Source: Dicyema japonicum (taxonomy: Eukaryota > Animalia > Dicyemida). Taken from it: 64,000 nucleotides of DNA. The translations under genes were made by a program, and so were the position numbers. Of this stretch, positions 1-11,189 are shown one piece after another; the first letter of the stretch is position 1, and every line of letters starts with the position of its first letter. Below the pieces are notes generated by a model. It was not told the DNA's origin. It saw only the letters and a program-made list of their open reading frames with translations, and ran no database searches. The DNA lies in assembly GCA_011109175.1 (NCBI GenBank), contig RDEW01000017.1:186001-250000 (forward strand), given 5' to 3'.

Positions 1-680
1 CACGTGCAGACAACAATGGTCTCGATTGACATCAACAAGGCGTTTGACTCGGTACAGAGGAAAGATTTAATTGGAAAAGTCTCTGATTCAAAAAATCGCC
101 CTAAATTGAAGTTATGGCTGGCCAATTTTTATCTGGAAGATGTGGGAGGGTTATCTGTGGCCACCTCAGATCACGATCACGTTTACTACCAAACGGAGTG
201 CCCCAAGGTTCGCCTTTGTCCCCATTCTATTCAACCTTTTCCTCCACGAGCTGCTAGCAGACATTGACAAAGACTTCCTACTGCTTTCTTATGCTGACGA
301 TATCATCATTGCAACAAGAAGCAGTCTCACTCGCACTGAAGAAAGTGGATTGTATCGACGATTGGTGATAGCTAACCGTCTCTCGGTATCGGCTCCAAAA
401 TCATCATGCACTCTATTCACCTCCGACTGGCGGTCCAAAGAAGAACCAGAAATCTTCATCGGACATACTCGGATACCTGTCACAAGAAACCCTCAATCCT
501 GGGAGTGATACACGACAGGCTGCTTAATTTTACCTACCATGCCAAAAAAGTCTTCACCAAAGGGCTACAGAAATTGAATGTCAAACGGGCCCTCAAACGA
601 GCCCCCAATATGAATAAAGCAATCGGAACCATATACCGCCAGACAATCGCTTGTTATGACAACGGACTCCAATTATGACC
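1..680 (+). mobile_element. Degraded Vingi/Ingi-like LINE reverse transcriptase fragment
   Basis: SIDINKAFDSV, PILFNLFL and SYADDI motifs across shifted frames; similar to the intact ORF at 28073-30880. Confidence 0.8.
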
Positions 681-779
681 TGAGCGCTTGGAGCACGCAA
701 TGGAGGTTACCTCTAATGATCGCGAGTCCAATGTGTCATACAGTTATTTATGACATCAAGAAGCAATCAATCAAAGGGC

Positions 780-915
780 CATACGGTAGCCACTCTGACT
801 GTTTGGTTATTCTAGCCAGGATTGCGAGCGAGATTCGCTTAAATAGCCAGAAGCGCTTGCTGAGATCTCCAATGCTAGTAGATTTCTGATACCAAGACGA
901 CCAAGAAATTTGAAT
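780..915 (-). mobile_element. 3' tip of a CRE-like retrotransposon
   Basis: Minus strand encodes ...RFWLFKRISLAIL..., matching the C-termini of the other CRE-like copies. Confidence 0.55.
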
Positions 916-1657
916 GGTTATTGAAAGTCCATTAAAAATCTAGTTTATTGGTCAAACTCCCCTTGTCGCCCTGGGGTCGCTTAGTTAGTTGAGGAAATTC
1001 AAACTAGTCGAGGATGGTAGAGATAGTGATCTGTATTTTCAAATTGGCTTTTTCAAGAAAATCGTTTTCAGGGAAAGTTGAAAAAGTTTAAGAACCCCGG
1101 TCTAATAATTATGGACTTGATGAAAAACTAAATAGGGGTCAGATTGAGATTTTCTGATTCTAACCTCAACTGGACGCATTGGGGAAGTATAAAATGATTC
1201 ATTTTGACTTTGAATCTGATTATACTCATAGTTACTGTTAGTAACAAACATGGGGAAGGGGTTGTACCCCTGAGACCATTAATGATTAAATGAGTTGAAT
1301 TCTTACTCGTGAGGCTCGGGGGTGAGTTCAATATCTCTCAACGTAAGAAGGATCTCCTCGAAGTGATAACTTCGTGCCCAATCGATTATCGTCACCGGGA
1401 GGTCATATAGAGAAGGTAAGTGGTTCTTCTTATTAGGTGTCCTGCAAGGCAGTGACCCCCAACTTTTTTTGTCACGGACTGGTAAACGTTAGACAATTTT
1501 GCCGCAGGGGGTAGATTGTTTACTTACCTGCCATTTTCCGTGTCCTACTAAATAGCCACTAATCTCCTACAACTCAGTAAGGGGGAGGTAACTCAACGTT
1601 ACTAACAAAAATACTCAGACATTATTTAGTACTAAAAATCATTACAGTTATCCCATC

Positions 1658-2633
1658 TCAGCAAAACTGAAATAACTACCAAATCAACCTTCCATCGAGC
1701 TCCACAGGCATTGCAAAGGCAAAACGTGTCATTGGTTCATCAGCACTCCTAGTCTGCAGTTGATTGTACAGCACGTCATGGGCCTTGCATTTTCCACATT
1801 TTATCTGAGTCGAGTGTGTTCCCGATGTGGTCCTCAGTTGGGCTTCCTCGATCGAATCCTTCTTCATTTGAGCTCGCAGGGACTTCAACTCTCCATTAGC
1901 CATATCCTGAGAACTAACAAAACAGACTACCGCCGTGCTCATGATGGCAAATTCCGCGGGGAAATTAAACCAGACAATATATTTTGACGCAATTGAGGAT
2001 TCTTGGGGTCCTTCAGATTCATCACACGTCCCCGAACTCTGTTTTTATATGACATGTCCGTCTTTGAGTTCAAATTGAGGTAAATTTGTGCTTAAATCGA
2101 AAAGAAAGAGTATCTTGTTCAATAAGAGCTCCAATTTCGTCAACGAAAGCCACGTTTCTGTCGTCAGGACTTTCACCGTTCTAAGGGCATCCCCCAGCAT
2201 GGATCGACACTTCAGCCTAACGGGATCTTCCGTGGGGTCCGCAGAACATCCGTTGAAAGTCTTGACTAACTTTCTTCTCCACATGATCCTTAGAAGATCC
2301 CTTTTCTTTGTCACCTACTGGTAGAGACAGACACGTGAACCGTTCAGATGCTTCTTCCACTTGACCACGAGGGATTTGGAAACCATATTGATCGCGGAAT
2401 TAGTCGACTTTTTACGAATATTATGACGGTGAGTCCGATCCTGGTTTTCTAATATTAATATCAAAGGGTACCAAAAGAATATCAAATCAACGTTAAGGTC
2501 CTTCAGTCGATTGAGATAGGACATGACCAAATCCTCATCCTACGAATAATTCGACTAATTTAACTAGTGTGCTTTCATCGAGCAATTTTTCTAGCTCTAC
2601 TTTGATTTTCCCAATTTGAGTAATAACAGACAT
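1658..2633 (-). CDS. TCEA1: Transcription elongation factor S-II (TFIIS), spliced; several single-base frameshifts
   Basis: MSVITQIGK start; [13 protein letters not shown]; [11 protein letters not shown]; [10 protein letters not shown]; Zn ribbon CGKC...[11 protein letters not shown]...CNACGARWK|FC*; GT-AG introns of 20-25 nt plus one AT-AC intron. Confidence 0.93.
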
Positions 2634-2890
2634 TGGAGTGATCTAAAAAAGTGGGGTCTAGTAGTAAAAAATTGTTATTAGTCAATAAAATTAAAGATTT
2701 AGCTTAACTAAAGATTTTTAATTTAGAATGATAAGAGACCCACAAGACCTTGATATTTTTAAATAAATTATTTATATTATTAACATTATTATTAAAATAA
2801 TAAATAAATTACTTAATAAAAACACACGAGATAATTAATTTTTACTCCAGTCTCCTTTTGTAAGCAATTAGTTCTCTAAATTAGATAACA

Positions 2891-3075
2891 TAGTGGTTAG
2901 TGCTGTCGTTCGAGTCGCGATTAGCTGTGAATTCGATTTCCTCACCACTATTTACTTGGTCGAAGGATTTCCTTTCTACTCTTTGCTTTTTTTAATGCTA
3001 GGAGACGTCATTGTACCCACCTGACTGAGGAAACCACCAGTGCCTGGCCAGCATCCAAAAAGGATCTTTTTTTCT
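2891..3075 (+). mobile_element. SINE family A copy (tRNA-like head plus pseudoknot core)
   Basis: A box TAGTGGTTAG, B-box-like GAATTCGATT, core ...CCACCTG...CCAGTGCC...AAAAAGGATC shared with 22938-22998. Confidence 0.65.
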
Positions 3076-3077
3076 TA

Positions 3078-4745
3078 CACAAGTCAGAAAAAGAATCCAC
3101 ACAAGTGCAGTCCCATACTAACGATTTCCCCCAGAGAACGGAAAGATTGTTAGCCCATCCGGCCTTTTCCCGTCTCCGATGTTTAGTCCCACGGAGTCCA
3201 GCACTGCCGAAAAGCCTGCAGCTTCAAGAGCACGCATGACAATTTTGTTCATAGCAGCGTGGAGGGGTGCTCTGCCCGCACTCCTTTTTCACGAAAGCGG
3301 ATGCAGCCCTTTGGCATCGACGATCTCTCCACAACGGCATTGGTGTTCGACGCATAAATCAACTCCCAGGCGCTGTGCGATCCCAATCCGAATACAGTCT
3401 TCCTTCAAAAGGGTCCCCAGAGAGGAACACGCAAGTGATCCAGCCATGCTCCGCTTCCATGGTTGGCGACGGACACGAGGCATACAAGACGATGCAAGTC
3501 TCGTAGTGCCGGCACGACATGTGACAGAACGTCATGAACTTTTCTTCACGGCCATCCAATCGTGACATCATCAAGATACCAGAGGTTTAGTTCTGCGTTG
3601 ATAGAGCGAACAATTTCATCGATAGCCAGAGCGAAGAGAAGTGGACCAAGTGGATTCCCTTGTTGGACTCCAGTCTCTTAATAAATAATCTTGTCCACGA
3701 AAACAAGTGAAGAGTTGGTTCCGTAAGTGAGGTACACGAGTGGATAAGATACGGGGCTCGTTTGCTTGCAGTTTCGAAAATTTGATCCCTCCGCAGTGAA
3801 TTGAAGACATTGCAGATGTCAAGCTTTACCCCCATGTGTGCAGTTTGTTCGTCTTTCTGTCCAAAAAAGCACCTCGTAGCATGCACCGCCGCCTCGCATC
3901 CGTTCCTTACACCGACCCCTAGTTGGAGGGGGGAAAATTCTCCAGATATTCTCGGACAGACAATACTGCATGCGATTTTAGCTGTCAACCTTCTGAAATA
4001 GTTGCCGACCGCGATGGGGGAAACCCCACTTTGGAATTTTTTGAAGGCCAGTAGACGTGCGCTGAAAAAAAGCTCCCTTGCATGCGGAGGAATATTCCCG
4101 TTCAAAATACGCATAACCAGTTTTGTGATTGATTTGACAAGGTAGCAGCCAGCTTCTGCCCCAGCCGTGAGATCCTTGATGTGACCTGGCCGCAAGCAAT
4201 TAAGACCTCCACTGCTTGCCACGAACGACGAAATGCCGTGCCGCACTTCGCCTTCGGTGACGATCGTTCTTGCGTTTTGGTTTCAGGACTTCCATCTTGG
4301 TGAGAGAATGTACATGGAAAACATGAATGTTCTTCATCTTCGAGGAAAGGGAATTCCCACGTGTCGCACTTTCTCTTGTGTTTCGGTGTTGCTCCTTTGA
4401 CTCTATGAATGGTATGCCAAATGCGAGCGGGGCGAAACCGAGAAGTTTGAGACAGGCCTCTTGGTTGTTGGACGTGAGTGCGCCGTCGATTACGGAAGCC
4501 AGGCATGTCTGCGGGGATCCGGACGGGTCTCGGAATCTTGAGTGGAATCTTCTTGGCTTTCCTTGGCTCCGACAAAAAAAGCAAGAGGGAGTCCGTATCA
4601 TTGAAATCCAACGGCTCATTTTCATTCGTTTGATATAATGGTCTGGGTTTTCCGACCAGTGCCCATGCAGACACTGTGGAGCAAGCATGCAGCCCACTGA
4701 GACATCTTTACACACCCGAGTTCAATGCACGTTTATCTTACTGTA
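3078..4745 (-). mobile_element. CRE-like non-LTR retrotransposon (RT plus restriction-like endonuclease), degraded; longest copy in the window
   Basis: PIAVGNYFRRLTAK, QLGVGVRNGCEAAVH, KLDICNVFNSL; C-terminal CRCG...H-LSC...RH and DGKRPDG. Confidence 0.85.
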
Positions 4746-4811
4746 AAATTTTGACTAATTTAAATTTATTTGTAAAATAAGTATTGTGGAATGTGTCTTC
4801 TTAAGGATACG

Positions 4812-5050
4812 TCCTGGAGGAAAGGTTTAATCTAATCGAGAATGAGTTTTTCCAGAATTTTTGAAGAAGCACACAGAAAAGATATAGGTCTGTAAGAGGA
4901 AGGTGAGTTTTCCAGCCGTCCTGGTTTTAAGATTGGTCGTATATCGAATAATTTCCATAGGGTAGGGATGGAGTTCCTGTTGATGGAAAGATTGAAAAGC
5001 CATGATAGGCCTGTCTGCTTCAATACTATTGTAGAAATAGTATTAAAAAA
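4812..5050 (-). mobile_element. Vingi/Ingi-like RT fragment
   Basis: IPTLWKLFDIRPILKPG...SYRPISFL...SKILEKL, near-identical in motif to the intact LINE. Confidence 0.75.
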
Positions 5051-5594
5051 ATTCTGAAAATAAAAAAAAATTCTAGACTGCTTGAGTAGGACGATTTTTG
5101 GACGATCCACAAAAAACTACATTGAGTTTCGGAAAAACTATAATGTCCCGAGATTCTGCTCAAAGACAAACTTTAGTTACAGCAGAAAAAATGAGGAAAA
5201 ATATTTGGATGCTCGAAATTCAGTTATTCTACTGATGGATTGTGATTTAAATCCATCGACGAGAAAAATGTTGCAGTTTCAACTGTAATTTACAATTCTG
5301 ATTTTAGGTATTAACGAATTCTTAAAATCGGTTATTAGTCATCCATTAATATGAAAGATTCAATCACAACTTCATTAACCTAAATAAAGCATTATAATCC
5401 CAAGATTATTAAATTTTTACAAAAAAGTGGTTAAATTTAAAAATTAGTGAATAATGAAATTTACTAATAAGAGCCTTAAAATAAAGTGGTTGATTTATTT
5501 ACATGAAAATACTGGTGGAATAATTCCTATAAAATTTATTTTATTTCACATAAACCCTAATCTTATCTTTATCATTAGAGCACAGTCTCTAGTG

Positions 5595-5830
5595 CAGTGG
5601 TGTCAAACATGCGCGTGTGCGGAAATTGAAAAGCACAAGTGCGGCCCGATCTAATGGCTATAAAACACAAAAAATCATTTTGTTATTTTTTACATTTAAT
5701 TAAATTTTTTAATAGTATTTTTAAATCTTATTTGTCAACTCACGTGCTCTTTCTGGAACTAAGAAACGTTGTTTGAAGATGAACGGAGAGTGTTTCAAGA
5801 TAAATGGGAACTTGTCTATTTTTTCACAAA
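5595..5830 (+). mobile_element. hAT (Charlie/SPIN-like) left end and transposase remnant
   Basis: CAGTGGTGTCAAAC terminus; ERRVFQDKWELVYFF resembles the hAT-Charlie N-terminus. Confidence 0.55.
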
Positions 5831-6070
5831 GGAGTCTAGTGGCACCATCGTGGAATTGGTGGAGTATAGCCCCATACGGAGTACCCATCAACCCATAACA
5901 ATAATATTTCTCCTCGCTTTCCTACTTTCAATTAACGCTTCTATTGGTTTCATGCGCCAGATCACCCACAATGAAACAAAATAGAAATAGAGAAGTAGAC
6001 ATGAAGATTTTAAATTTATGGACATTTTTACTTTAAAAAATAAAATAGTCAAAAAGAGCAAAAACTAAAA

Positions 6071-6618
6071 TCATTTGTGACGAGAATCGAGTACTATTGT
6101 GTAAGGGCCGTCATTGAGAATATTCACAGAAGAGTAACTTCCAAACAAGTTAGCTAAATCAGCGGATTATGAATACTTTTAATCCTTTCAGGGTCATATT
6201 GAGATCTTAATGATTCAGTCATACTCTCAAAAACCGACTTAGCAGAGTTACCATCCATGGCTGGGTGAAAATTGGGTTTGGTTCCTTTCAGCATCTGACA
6301 CAGAGTGAACTATCAATTAGAGGTTGAATCTACTTGGCTTATTAGGAGGATGGAGGCATTTGCAGTGACCACATTGAGGGCAGACTTCTCTCCGTTGTGC
6401 TCAAATAATCGAAGAGATAGTATTTTTTTGATGCTGGAAGATAAAAAGGAAAACGACCAACCACCAGTCCATGTCTATTTTTAGGTCATTTTTTGATATT
6501 CCAACGAGAATGCAGAGACCCTTTCCTATTTCTGCGTCCAATTTTCCATTACCTGTTATAAACGAAAACGACAACTAGAGACACTGGCAGAAGTAACACG
6601 TTGTATAACAAGAATCAT
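6071..6618 (-). CDS. DTD1: D-aminoacyl-tRNA deacylase, 4 micro-introns (23, 28, 24, 23 nt)
   Basis: Spliced frame MILVIQRVTSASVS...IGKGLCILVGIS...SQ|FTL...KGTKPNFH...NDGPYTIVLDS; open after GT-AG removal. Confidence 0.95.
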
Positions 6619-6689
6619 GTTAGATTAAAATTTAAAAACTAAAATTTTATTAACATCAAAAAATAAACAATTTAAAACTACACCAGACA

Positions 6690-7561
6690 AGTTTTAATTA
6701 CTTTTTTATTCATCCCCAAGATTAGTGAGAATTCACGATTTTCGTACCACCCGACCATACGAGCCCTTGTGGACGACAATATACTGGGGACAGACTTCCT
6801 AAGATCAGTAGGTTAAAATTCTTGGCACCAAGAGTCGTCAGAATGAGACTTAGACATCACTTCCTTTGGTGGAAGATAAGTTCTGAATCTCTTTGCTTGC
6901 TTGGGCATCAAGACTAGGATGGAGGATCTCTGTGAGTGACCTGGCTTAACACCCCCTTCCTTATTGTGTTCAGCTTCCTGTTAATTGGATTAATAATTTA
7001 AACCTCAAATAACTGCAATTCATTATTTCAAACAATTAAGCGCAAAGTTGACTAACAACTGTGGTCAGAAGTGTATATTTTAAAAGTGCACGATCTTTTA
7101 AATCAACCTTTCAAAATAAATGGTATTCGTGTGCTCATGAAACCTCAGAGAAGCTAATAGACAAAACAAAGTGTTTATTAACCTATTTTGTGGGATAAAG
7201 AGTATCTACCTCCATCGTGGCAGAAGGTGCTATACCTGCCTAAAACTTCTTTGGGTGCAGGAATCTAGGACTTCTGGAACCGAAGACATCAAGAGGAGGT
7301 GACGGATACGTTTTTCTTTCAAACAATTAAGCGCAAAGTTGACTAACAACTGTGGTCAGAAGTGTATATTTTAAAAGTGCACGATCTTTTAAATCAACCT
7401 TTCAAAATAAATGGTATTCGTGTGCTCATGAAACCTCAGAGAAGCTAATAGACAAAACAAAGTGTTTATTAACCTATTTTGTGGGATAAAGAGTATCTAC
7501 CTCCATCGTGGCAGAAGGTGCTATAATTTTGCTGACTTTTAAAGAAGCGCAACAAACTCAT
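6690..7561 (-). CDS. Putative small spliced gene of unknown function, disturbed by a local duplication
   Basis: MSLLRFFKSQQNYSTF start, GT-AG micro-intron candidates, open exon QEAEHNKEGG...SDDS; no family recognised. Confidence 0.3.
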
Positions 7562-7984
7562 CAATAAATTCAAATAAAATAATTTTATAAAATAAACTGA
7601 GGCTGACGACTGAAGAGGATCTGAATTTGTTTTCCATGGCCTTCGACGAATTCAGGGAAAACCGCCTATCAGGTTCGGGAAGATGAGTCCAAGTTCACCT
7701 GGTAACCTGACCATCCCCTGCTATTTGTTTTTCCGAGAGAAAAGTCTTGCCTTACACTATGCCAAGGTTTGGATTCCTACTCGAACCTGTTAGAGCGGAC
7801 AAAAGCGATGACAAATAGTCAGACGACATCACCACAATTGCATGGATCAGAGGGAAGTGTCTTAATGCGATTATACATGCACAGACATCTCGACTGCAGA
7901 CCTGCCTAAAACTTCTTTGGGTGCAGGATCTAGGACTTCTGGAACCGAAGACATCAAGAGGAGGTGACGGATACGTTTTTCTTC
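7027..7984. repeat. Rearranged tandem duplication A-B-A-C-B
   Basis: ~205 bp A at 7027-7233 and 7318-7523; ~85 bp B at 7234-7319 and 7900-7984. Confidence 0.9.
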
Positions 7985-8113
7985 CAACCGATTTCTCAGG
8001 GATATGTCTGATATACCTGACCCCAACTTGAAGAAACACTGAAGAGGTACCCCAAAATTACACAATGGTTCTCCCAAACAATAAAAAATTAATACTTAAA
8101 TCAAAGTAATCCA

Positions 8114-9351
8114 CTACATAATAATACTTGGATTGTATTGGGATGCCGTTATCTCTTTATTAGGAAGAATGGTGCATCCTTTGACATATAATTCATCCAC
8201 CACGCTCACATCCTGCCCTATTACGCACGTGGGTTCTATTCTCACCTTTGGAGTAATAAAAACCACTAACCCATTTTCCTATCCGAGAATTCCAACCAAT
8301 AATGGAGCCACTAATCCACGTGCTGTCCCCGATCGAAACGTTGTTAAGGATAACTGAGTTAACCAGACGGACTCCTTTTCCAACGACGACTTCCTTTCCC
8401 ACTGTTACGTTGGGCCCAATCTCACATCCTTCTCCAATAACAGCTTCTTCCTCCTATTTTGATAACAATTCACGTGGTAACAATGAGCACTGGGTGATGG
8501 ATAGTTATATTCGGCCTACTGTTGTATTGTTTTGAAGGATTAAATTCAAGCCACAGCCTCGTCGCCTGAAGGAAGTCGAGAGGCTGACCCACGTCCATCC
8601 AAAATCCTATCAATTCGGTTAGGAGAACGAACCTGGCATATTGAAAGCGTAAAGTTCTCCCAGTTCGGCCATTTTGGGGAAAACCTCCCTTTCAATTGAA
8701 GTCGGTTTAAGCTAGCAAGGTTAATTGCGGGGGAAACCTGAATTCTGCTTAGAATGGCGGGCTTCAAAATGTAAATTCCGGCGTTTATTTTGTCAGAAAC
8801 GAAGACACTTGGTTTCTCAACAAAACGGGTGATTCTAAGGCCCTCTTCGGTGTCCGCAAGATCCAATACTCCATATTTAGAGGGCTCCTCGACCTTCGTT
8901 ACAGCAATAGTCCCTTCTTTTCCATGTTGTTTGTGAGCCTCAAGTAGACTGGAAAGGGGGAACTCACAGATGATGTCGCTGTTCAGAACAAAAAATGATT
9001 CTTCACTTGTCCCCAGCACATCCGCACTCAAGGCTAAAGGACCGGCTAAATTGTGAGTGAATTAATGAACCAGTTCCAAGAGGAGTTTTTTCAACACGTG
9101 TTTCAATAATAATGTTCAAACTTTCCATCCAAGCTTTAATTTCACTTTCCATCATCTCAGCTTTGTAACCAACGGCAAGAATAACGTGGTTAACCCCAAC
9201 CTTAAATTATGGTTAGATATGCCTTGACAAGAGCCTCAATTTGGTGGAGTACAAGTGGTTTGTTGCAAAACTCTATCATTGGTTTTGGACATGACAATGT
9301 CAGTGGTCGAAGACGGGTTCCGTAGCCACCAACTAAAATGAGAGCCTTCAT
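8114..9351 (-). CDS. GMPPB: Mannose-1-phosphate guanylyltransferase beta, 6 micro-introns (22-28 nt)
   Basis: [24 protein letters not shown]; PLGTAGPL; [10 protein letters not shown]; RFVEKP; FWMDVGQP; left-handed beta-helix repeats; one apparent 1-nt deletion near 8512. Confidence 0.96.
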
Positions 9352-9699
9352 AATTTATTCGTCGTCAGCAAATATTTTTGAAATTTTATTTTTATACGAT
9401 TTTTATTTATAAAATGTAATTGATTAAAAATTTAATTTAAACTTTAAATTAGATAAATTCTGGTGTCTGTAAATGTTGTTAGTTTGATAATTTCTAACTC
9501 CGCACGGGTAAAACTACAGCTATTATTTTTTATGTATGTTATGTTTATAATATAACTGTAGTAATATAGCCCTTATGATTTTCATATGGGTCACGTGCTT
9601 GTGATGGAAACTGACTGCAATTGTTGTAGCGAAAATATAAACTTCACTCCATTACCAAGAAACCATATTACGGTTTGGTTGGTAGTGGCTAAAAAACCT

Positions 9700-9870
9700 A
9701 GCATGGAGGTAGTGCTGACGCGGTTAGTATGGTATCGATTCCCACATCACTACCTAGTTGGTGAAGGGTTCCTTGCTGTTCTGTTCTTTGTTATGATCCG
9801 CCTGTTTCAGGATACTCCCAGTGTCTAGCTTCCATGTAAAAAGGATCTCTTTTTCCTACTCCACTTGAGG
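9700..9870 (+). mobile_element. SINE family A copy, degraded
   Basis: GTATCGATTCCC B-box-like; TGATCCGCCTG...CCCAGTG...AAAAAGGATC core. Confidence 0.6.
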
Positions 9871-10094
9871 ATAGGATGGACTTGCCAGGAAAAATGTTCC
9901 CATATCTCCAAACGTCAAGTTTTCAATGTTTTATGAGTGCTATGTGAGGAACAAATGACGTTGTATCCACGATGGTGACATTGATGTAGAACTGTTCCAC
10001 AGTGACCAGGCTACATCGCCTGTTCAACTTCCGGCCAAGTAACCTCTTGGTGGCTGGTCAACAAAGTAAGCAATTCTATGTCGATATTATGCTT

Positions 10095-10903
10095 CATAAT
10101 TATCTTTAAACAATAGAAGTCAGGTAGTTGCCGCCCTCACTGCGTGGCTGTTCCCTCTCAAAATTGCGAGCGAAATTCGCTTAAATAGCCAGCGGCGTTC
10201 ACGGAGATCTTTAGTGCATGAGGTGATCCGGTTTCCAAGACGTCCGAAAAACTCGAGTGTAGAGGGGGAGTAGGATCCGGAAGTCTCCATAGCAAGGAGA
10301 ACAAATTTGACATCATCGGGAAGGTCGACGTATTTAACGAGTTTGGCCTTCTCCGCCTTTACGGATGCTGAACAGCCCTTGTAGCACTCTCGTGAAGATT
10401 TTTCTGGGCGAACGTGTCTGTACATGTCACATCCCAAACCAGTGGTTTCCCGGCCTCAAATGGAAATATGGTCATCCCGTCCGGTCGTTTCCCGTCACTT
10501 CTGCATAACCCGACCGGTTCAAGAATGGCTGAGTATCCAGCAGCATCCATAGCTCGCCTGACAATTTCATTCAGAGCCTTGTGCCTTGGGGATCTGCCAG
10601 CGCTCTTCCTTCAGGCGAGAGGGTGCAGGCCATAGCAGTCTATCAGGATGCCACATCGGCACGGGTGAGGTACACATACTTTTAGTCCCAGCCGCAGAGA
10701 GATACCAGTTCTAACGCATTCATCATCCAGAAAAGTGCCCAAAGCTCCATTGGGGATGGCGTTTAGCCAAGCTCGCTCTCAGGGGAAGCCCCCGAAAGCA
10801 AACAAGCGCGTCGATGCTGATTGGCAGATTCTAGTAGGAGTCCAAATGATTTCCAGCATAATAAGTTTAACTACCTGACTTCTATTGTTTAAAGATAATT
10901 ATG
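10095..10903 (-). mobile_element. 5'-truncated CRE-like element bounded by a 35-bp perfect inverted repeat
   Basis: DGKRPDGMTIFPFEAGKPLVWDVTC; WLFKRISLAILRGNS; inverted repeat 10095-10129 / 10869-10903. Confidence 0.88.
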
Positions 10904-11189
10904 TGGAAGGATATTTTTCAAATAGCAGTATATGTTATGCTTCATCAATGCTTAAAATACAGCTCTTATGATTTTAAAAGACCATAGGCATTATGTGAAC
11001 AACAGATCTATCAATCGTCCACCATTCTTATAGACACGTGCGTAAGATGGAACTACCGCATAAATAATAAACATTTGTGGTTATGAATAGTTAAAAGAGA
11101 GTAATCATAATTTAATGTCTTATTATTGTATACACTGCTCTTACTCGTTGAGATTCTTCCACGTGTTTTTATAATGGTCACGGATTTCG

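Noticed and set aside
2891-2950. Functional tRNA genes at 2891, 19801 and 63010-63070
   Set aside because: A and B boxes are present but there is no intact cloverleaf; they are SINE heads.
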